Below, piece after piece: positions 27,142-32,664 of a stretch of 32,664 nucleotides of DNA. The notes below the pieces were generated by a model. That model did no database searches and was not told the DNA's origin. It worked only from the letters and a program-made list of their open reading frames with translations. Source of the DNA: Lachnospiraceae bacterium. Its GTDB lineage: Bacteria; Bacillota; Clostridia; Lachnospirales; Lachnospiraceae. Every line of letters begins with the position of its first letter. Position 1 is the stretch's first letter. A program made the translations under genes and the position numbers. The stretch covers positions 1 to 32,664 of the forward strand of contig DAIMKA010000001.1 of assembly GCA_036721955.1 (NCBI GenBank), read 5' to 3'.

Positions 27142-28687
27142 TTCTTCTTCTGTTCCTGTGGCGTCTCCGGTTCCCGCCGGCGTTCGGTCCCTGGAACGCA
27201 CCGCGGTCCTCACCCGTCCCGGTGCCTCCCGGCAGATTCTCCCGCTGCGGCTGCGCCTCCGGATTCATTTCAGGATTTCTCTCCGCATTCCTTCCGGATC
27301 CGCGTCCTCCGCGCTCAGGAACGTTCCGTTCCGTTCCCTGCCGGTCTCTTCCCTGCCCCGGTGTGAACGTCCTGCGTCCGCGGCGTTCCCGCCCCGCATT
27401 CGGATTCTCTTCCCGGCGTTCCGGCACCGGACTGCCTTCTCCGCGCTCCTGCTGCGGCGGGCGGCCGTCTCTTGACCTTCGCTTCTCCGCTCCGGTCTCC
27501 TGCGGTGTTCCCGCTTCCTTCTCTTCCTGATTTCTTGCGGGCCGCTGTTCTTTTCTTCCTTTTCCGGCGCCTCCGCCGTTCTTCAGTTCACTCCGGTTGA
27601 TCTTGGGCTTTGCCTGCCCGCGCTTTCTGCGGCGCAGAATCGTGATCTCATCCGCCCCGCACTCGTGCAGCTCCTTCTCGTCATCCACTTCCACAAGAAT
27701 CCGGACCGTCTGCTTCAGAATATTGACTCCTGCAACCTCTCCGGTCAGACCGTCCGCGGTCTGCACCTCATCACCGAGCCTCGGCAGGTTCTTATTCAGA
27801 GCCTCATAGGTCTCCTCCTCATTCTTAAGGCAGCACATCAGCCGCCCGCAGGCGCCGGAAATCTTCGTCGGATTCAGCGACAGGTTCTGTTCCTTCGCCA
27901 TCTTGATGGAGACCGGAATGAAATCAGACAGATACGTGTGGCAGCACAAAGGCCGCCCGCAGATCCCGTAGCCTCCCAGAATCTTCGTCTCGTCCCGCAC
28001 GCCGATCTGTCTCAGCTCGATTCTCGTGCGGAAGACACTCGCCAGATCCTTGACCAGATCCCGGAAATCCACTCTTCCGTCCGAGGTAAAGTAGAACAGG
28101 ATCTTGTTGTTGTCAAAGGTGTACTCCGCGTCAATCAGCTTCATGTCCAGATTGTGACGGCGGATCTTCTCAAAGCATACCCGGTACGCTTCCCGTTCCT
28201 TCTCCCGGTTCTCCCGCATTCTGTTATCATCCGAAGGCGTAGCCACGCGGATGATCTTCTTCAGAGGTGCCTTGAACTGTTTCTGATGGATCTTCATCGG
28301 GTCACAGACACTGGTTCCGTATTCCAGCCCGCGGGCCGTCTCCACAATCACATGGGTCCCGCGCTTCACCGGAAGATTTCCGATCGCAAAGTAATACGCC
28401 TTGCCCGCCGTCCGGAACCGCACACCGACCACTTCCGCCAGATCCCTGTCATCCGCATCCGGATCCGCTGCCGTGGGAAGGACCGTGTTCTCGTCCTCGT
28501 CCCCCTCCAGCACTTCATCCGCGCGGTCCTCTTCCTCCAGAGCCTCCGCTTCCTCCAGCTCCTGTGTCTCTTCCGGATCCGGAGATCCCTCCGGCCCCTC
28601 CTGCATGTCCGAAGGATCTTCTGTCTCTTCTGCTACAACCTCTGTAATCTCTTCTTCCAGAGCTTCCGCTTTCTTGTATTCTTCCAT
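27092..28687 (-). CDS. ricT: RicT/YaaT (PSP1 domain) protein with long low-complexity termini
   Basis: VVGVRFRTAGKAYYF, RVDFRDLVKDLA, RIELRQIGVRDE, CGRPLCC, KISGACGRLMCCL; located between holB and the YabB-family methylase. Confidence 0.93.
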   Translation of the reverse strand: MEEYKKAEALEEEITEVVAEETEDPSDMQEGPEGSPDPEETQELEEAEALEEEDRADEVLEGDEDENTVLPTAADPDADDRDLAEVVGVRFRTAGKAYYFAIGNLPVKRGTHVIVETARGLEYGTSVCDPMKIHQKQFKAPLKKIIRVATPSDDNRMRENREKEREAYRVCFEKIRRHNLDMKLIDAEYTFDNNKILFYFTSDGRVDFRDLVKDLASVFRTRIELRQIGVRDETKILGGYGICGRPLCCHTYLSDFIPVSIKMAKEQNLSLNPTKISGACGRLMCCLKNEEETYEALNKNLPRLGDEVQTADGLTGEVAGVNILKQTVRILVEVDDEKELHECGADEITILRRRKRGQAKPKINRSELKNGGGAGKGRKEQRPARNQEEKEAGTPQETGAEKRRSRDGRPPQQERGEGSPVPERREENPNAGRERRGRRTFTPGQGRDRQGTERNVPERGGRGSGRNAERNPEMNPEAQPQRENLPGGTGTGEDRGAFQGPNAGGNRRRHRNRRRNGGNDRRREDKPSETE

Positions 28688-28703
28688 TGAAACCGCTTTC
28701 TCT

Positions 28704-29762
28704 CTATACCGCTTCCCGCAGAATTCTCCGTATCTTCAGGAGGAGAAGCTCTGCGATCTGTGTATCGCTTTCCTTGCTGTTCCGGCGTCTGCCTGCATCG
28801 TCAAATGCCTCCTGAATTCTCTCCAGCCCCTGAAAAGAAACGTCCGCCGCAGCGCTTATAATATACTTTATCTTATCTTGGAAAATCAAGTTTTCCGGGC
28901 TCTGCGTGCTCTTCTGGACCAGAATGTCCCGGTACCAGCTCCGGCAAAGATCCAGAAAATCTTCCATATGAGAAGGCGCTTCCCCCTTGCCGCCCGCGAC
29001 CTTCTCCGCAAACTGCTGGATTTCGTGGCTGTCCGTCTCCTTCAGCTTCTCCAGAAACCCGATGAGCTCCCCCCGGAATGCTGTAAGCTCTTCCCCGGAA
29101 AGCTCCAGGCATCTGCCCGGGTTTCCATGGGAGAGCCTGGCCGCCGTCACCGCAGCCTCCCCGGAAATTCCTGCGGACGCCAAAGCCTCCACCAGTTCCT
29201 TCTCCGGTGCCGGATGGAGCATGAGCGACACACACCGGGAGAGCACCGTCGGCAGAAACACCGAGGTGTTCTGCGCAAGCAGCAGGAAAACCGCATAGGC
29301 CGGCGGCTCCTCCAGTGTCTTCAAAAGCGCGTTCTGGGCCTGCTGATTCAGATTCTCCGCATTGGGAATGATGTAGATCTTATAGGGGCCGGAATAGGGC
29401 TTTACCTGCGCATCCGCCTGCACAAACCTTGCCAGCTGTACGCCGAGCACTCCGGTTTTGCTGGTAATCCCCGCCCGTTCATTCGTAACGATCACGACAT
29501 CCGGGTGATTTCCCGATTGAATCTGAAGGCAGGAATGGCACTCCCCGCAGGGTTCCACGTACCCGTTCTGCTCCTTCGGCTGCCCGCATAAAAGGGCAGC
29601 TGCGAAGGCCAGAGCCAGCTTCATTTTCCCTGCACCCTTTTCTCCGCTGATCAGATAAGCCTGCGATATTCTGCCTGTCCGAAGGGCATTCTGCAGATGT
29701 GACACCGCAAGCTTCTGTCCGATTACCTGTTCAAATCCAATTCCCGGCATATGCTCTTCCAT
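28704..29762 (-). CDS. holB: DNA polymerase III delta' subunit
   Basis: QAYLISGEKGAGK, PCGECHSC, HPDV, AQNALLKTLEEPP, LPTVLSRC. Start 29762 or 29750. Confidence 0.93.
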   Translation of the reverse strand: MEEHMPGIGFEQVIGQKLAVSHLQNALRTGRISQAYLISGEKGAGKMKLALAFAAALLCGQPKEQNGYVEPCGECHSCLQIQSGNHPDVVIVTNERAGITSKTGVLGVQLARFVQADAQVKPYSGPYKIYIIPNAENLNQQAQNALLKTLEEPPAYAVFLLLAQNTSVFLPTVLSRCVSLMLHPAPEKELVEALASAGISGEAAVTAARLSHGNPGRCLELSGEELTAFRGELIGFLEKLKETDSHEIQQFAEKVAGGKGEAPSHMEDFLDLCRSWYRDILVQKSTQSPENLIFQDKIKYIISAAADVSFQGLERIQEAFDDAGRRRNSKESDTQIAELLLLKIRRILREAV

Positions 29763-30346
29763 ATTTCTTCCGCGCAGGCCTCGGCATTCTCGTTCACATA
29801 ACGTTTCCGGATGCCCGCCTCCTGTAATTTTTCCTCCGAAAAATCATGCGTGTCCGCGAGAAATCTCCGGCACATCTCCGCATACCGTGGATGGGTCTGC
29901 TGCCGTTCGCGGTTCAGCGCACGCTGGAGTCTTTCTCCGTCCTCCAGCTCAATATAAAGAGGAATGACCCGTTCCTGTCCGAAATAGCACGCAAAGGACC
30001 GGTATGATTCCAGCGTTCCGATCAGAAGATAGCTTTTCATTTCCAGATCAATCTGACCGTCGTCCTTCGTATAGTAATGCCAGATTCCATACACCGTATC
30101 GTAATCCCTGGACTCAATGATCCTGCCGGCGGCCTTTGCTGCCTCAAATTCCGGATCCGTCTCAAAAAAATACGTGCTGCCGCTCTTCTCTCCTGTCCGG
30201 ATGGGTCTTGTGGTATAAGGGATCACTTCCCCGAGAAGATTCTCTTCTCCGTTCTCGCGGGCCTTTTCCCGGAGCCGCCGGTAAAGCGTGTCCTTTCCCG
30301 ACGCGCTTTTCCCCATCAGACAGAAGATTCTGTGCTTCGGTTCCAT
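29723..30346 (-). CDS. Guanylate-kinase-like nucleoside monophosphate kinase
   Basis: P-loop GKSASGKDT and GK signature YTTRPIRTGEKSGSTYFF; ATG overlaps the pyk stop (TAATG). Confidence 0.85.
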   Translation of the reverse strand: MEPKHRIFCLMGKSASGKDTLYRRLREKARENGEENLLGEVIPYTTRPIRTGEKSGSTYFFETDPEFEAAKAAGRIIESRDYDTVYGIWHYYTKDDGQIDLEMKSYLLIGTLESYRSFACYFGQERVIPLYIELEDGERLQRALNRERQQTHPRYAEMCRRFLADTHDFSEEKLQEAGIRKRYVNENAEACAEEIWKSICRELDLNR

Positions 30347-31761
30347 TACCACACCTCAATGAAACGGATCATATTCGTCTTGCCGGAGACGCCAAGCGGT
30401 ATTCCCGCCGTCAGAACAACCTTGTCTCCCGTCTTCACATACCCTGCCAGCTTCGCGGTATTGATTGCCGCCTCGAACAGAAGGTCCGCCGTTGGCTCCT
30501 GAGGAATAATCACCGGCTGGACGCCGAACAGAAGGTTCATCTGGCAGGCGGTCTCCTTGTTGGTCGTGCAGGCAATGATCGGGCAGACCGGCTTATGTGC
30601 CGCCAGTCTTCTTGCTGTAAATCCGGAGAGCGTGACCGTAATGATGGCGTCCGCCCTGACATCCTCCGCAATGGTGCAGGACGCGTGCGAGATCGCCGTC
30701 GTCACATCACTTCGGTCCGTTACGCCGCGGGATTCCATCCGGGACGCATAGTCCACATCCTCTTCCGTCCGCTCCGCGATGGATGCCATGGTCCGGACCG
30801 CCTCCTCCGGATAGGCGCCGTTTGCGCTCTCCCCGGAGAGCATAATCGCAGTCGTTCCATCATAGATCGCATTGGCGACATCCGTCGTCTCCGCTCTGGT
30901 CGGACGGGGATTGTGCATCATGGAATCCAGCATCTGGGTTGCGGTCACGCAGATTTTTCCCTTCTGCTCCGCCAGGCGTATCATCTTCTTCTGAAGAACG
31001 GGAACCTCTTCCAGCGGGACCTCTACTCCGAGATCTCCTCTTGCCACCATGATTCCGTCCGCTTCCTCCAGAATGCTCTCCAGGTTCCGCACACCCTGTA
31101 CGCTCTCGATCTTCGCAATGATCTTGATGTTGCTCTTGTACTGGGCAAGAATCCGGCGGATCGCGCGAATATCGTCGGCCGTCCGGGTAAAGGACGCCGC
31201 GATATAGTCGAATCCGAGGACGCATCCGAATTCAATGTCGCTCCGGTCCTGCTCGCTGATGAACGGCATGGACAGATCCGTCCCGGGCACGTTGACGCCC
31301 TTGTGATTGGACACCGGACCGCCGTTGACAACCGTGCATTCGATTTCCGTTCCACGGATGCGGTCCACCTTCAGTTCGATCAGACCGTCATCGATCAGGA
31401 TACTGCTGCCTTCCCTCACATCCTTCGGAAGATTCTGATAGGTCACGGAGGCACGCTCCCTGTCACCGTCGATCTCTTTCGTCGTCAGCGTGAATTTCTG
31501 ACCGGCCTCCAGCATGACCTTTCCTTCCTTAAAGTCACGGAGACGAATCTCCGGACCCCTGGTGTCCAGAAGTGCCGCCACAGGAAGATTCTTCTCAATT
31601 CTGACCTTTTTCAGCTTCTCAAACTTGCGTGCCTGCTCCTCATGGGTTCCATGGGAGAAATTAAAACGCGCCACGTCCATTCCGGCGTCAATCAGACGGC
31701 CGATCATTTCCTCGCTCTCACTCGCAGGACCCAGGGTGCAGATAATTTTTGTTTTCCTCAT
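30346..31761 (-). CDS. pyk: Pyruvate kinase
   Basis: MRKTKIICTLGPAS, ARFNFSHG, IIAKIES, IMVARGDLGVE, ATQMLDSM, MLSGESA. Start 31761 after AAGGAG; 471 aa. Confidence 0.98.
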   Translation of the reverse strand: MRKTKIICTLGPASESEEMIGRLIDAGMDVARFNFSHGTHEEQARKFEKLKKVRIEKNLPVAALLDTRGPEIRLRDFKEGKVMLEAGQKFTLTTKEIDGDRERASVTYQNLPKDVREGSSILIDDGLIELKVDRIRGTEIECTVVNGGPVSNHKGVNVPGTDLSMPFISEQDRSDIEFGCVLGFDYIAASFTRTADDIRAIRRILAQYKSNIKIIAKIESVQGVRNLESILEEADGIMVARGDLGVEVPLEEVPVLQKKMIRLAEQKGKICVTATQMLDSMMHNPRPTRAETTDVANAIYDGTTAIMLSGESANGAYPEEAVRTMASIAERTEEDVDYASRMESRGVTDRSDVTTAISHASCTIAEDVRADAIITVTLSGFTARRLAAHKPVCPIIACTTNKETACQMNLLFGVQPVIIPQEPTADLLFEAAINTAKLAGYVKTGDKVVLTAGIPLGVSGKTNMIRFIEVW

Positions 31762-31886
31762 CGTCGGATGCTCCTTGCATTCTTGATTCCGCCTCGCGGA
31801 ATCCGTGTCCCGGTTCTTCCGGGGTTTCCCCGCAAAAAATGGCAAAAGCCGGCGAAAGGCCGGCAGCTGCAAAGCCATTTGGTATC

Positions 31887-31895
31887 AGTATAGCA
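31887..31895 (-). promoter_or_regulatory. Putative extended -10 promoter of the pyk operon
   Basis: Minus strand TGCTATACT about 125 nt upstream of the pyk ATG; -35 not evident. Confidence 0.45.
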
Positions 31896-32114
31896 AACCC
31901 GCGGGGCCTCCGCTTGCCCGATTTTGGTTCCTTTGAAATCTGTGCGGCTTTTTGGCAGCTTTTTCTTTCGGAATTTCTTTTATAATTCACCGGTCCTGAG
32001 CTACAATAAAACCGATTCCCGGGCAGCCGGAAATCCGGTTCCGGAACCCGGACTGCTGCAGAATCCACCTGTCACATCCAATTCACAGAAAGAGCAATGA
32101 AAGGAGCTTTCACC

Positions 32115-32664
32115 ATGAAAAATACAAAGCTTGTTGCCAAAGACACCGTCTGGATCGGCGGAAGCGACCGCCGTCTCGCGCTGTTTGAGAATCTGTTCCC
32201 GCTTCCCTGCGGCGTTTCCTATAACAGCTATGCGGTACTCGATGAGAAGATCACGCTGTTCGACACTGCGGATGTCAGTGTTGCCGATCAATATCTGGAA
32301 AATCTCCGGTCCGTTCTCGGAGAAAAGAAGCCGGATTACCTTGTCGTTCTGCACATGGAGCCCGACCACTGCGCGCTTCTTCAGACCGTTCTGAATCTCT
32401 ACCCGGAAACCACCGTCGTCTCCAGCATGCAGACCTTCAAGTTCATCTCCCAGTTCTTCCCGGACCTTGTCATTGCCAATCAGAAGGTCGTCAAGGAGGG
32501 AGATACCCTCTGCACGGGAGCTCATACCTTCCACTTCGTAGCAGCTCCCATGGTACACTGGCCCGAGGTTCTTCTTGCCTATGACGACGCAACCAGGGCG
32601 CTGTTCTCTGCGGATGCCTTCGGAACCTTCGGTGCCCTGGAGGGCGGAATCTTCGCGGATCAGT
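32115..32664 (+). CDS. fprA: Flavodiiron protein (FprA/A-type flavoprotein), 5' part; truncated by the window end
   Basis: Not in the ORF track because it has no stop. My translation from ATG 32115 (after AAGGAG): MKNTKLVAKDTVWIGGSDRRLALFENLFPLPCGVSYNSY...HMEPDH...APMVHWPE...FSADAFGTFGAL. Confidence 0.93.
   Translation, partial: MKNTKLVAKDTVWIGGSDRRLALFENLFPLPCGVSYNSYAVLDEKITLFDTADVSVADQYLENLRSVLGEKKPDYLVVLHMEPDHCALLQTVLNLYPETTVVSSMQTFKFISQFFPDLVIANQKVVKEGDTLCTGAHTFHFVAAPMVHWPEVLLAYDDATRALFSADAFGTFGALEGGIFADQ

Noticed and set aside
30136..31893. 585-aa ORF antisense to pyk
   Set aside because: Antisense shadow with no independent evidence.
32001..32558. 185-aa minus-strand ORF at the window end
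   Set aside because: Shadow of the plus-strand flavodiiron gene starting at 32115.

Overview
GC-rich chromosomal window from an anaerobic Firmicute; gene content and synteny point to Clostridia, probably Lachnospiraceae (inferred from recognised gene families, no database search). It is mostly core genome. Left to right: a radical-SAM-derived protein that appears to have lost its Fe-S motif, converging on a TetR gene that ends a sufCBDSU operon; an Rrf2/IscR-type regulator; tadA, SRP RNA and a PflX-like radical SAM gene; a CdaR/PucR regulator with an MsmX-type sugar ABC ATPase; a DUF624 protein, a secreted acidic protein, metG and a SEC-C-fused map; a pentose cluster (ribulokinase, araD, split transketolase, rpe); a metallophosphoesterase plus membrane-anchored Mrr-like nuclease pair; pckA with a Rex-like operator; a pyk, gmk-like, holB, ricT, tRNA methylase, rsmI run; and the 5' part of a flavodiiron protein gene. 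I see no transposase, integrase, prophage gene, CRISPR array, tRNA or rRNA. Best leads: the radical SAM pseudo-enzyme, a strand-specific ~107-nt RNA rod with a possible uORF in the sufC leader, a guanylate-kinase-like gene in the usual tmk position, the apparently leaderless phosphatase/nuclease pair, an Alu-less ~195-nt SRP RNA, and three abutting palindromes before metG.
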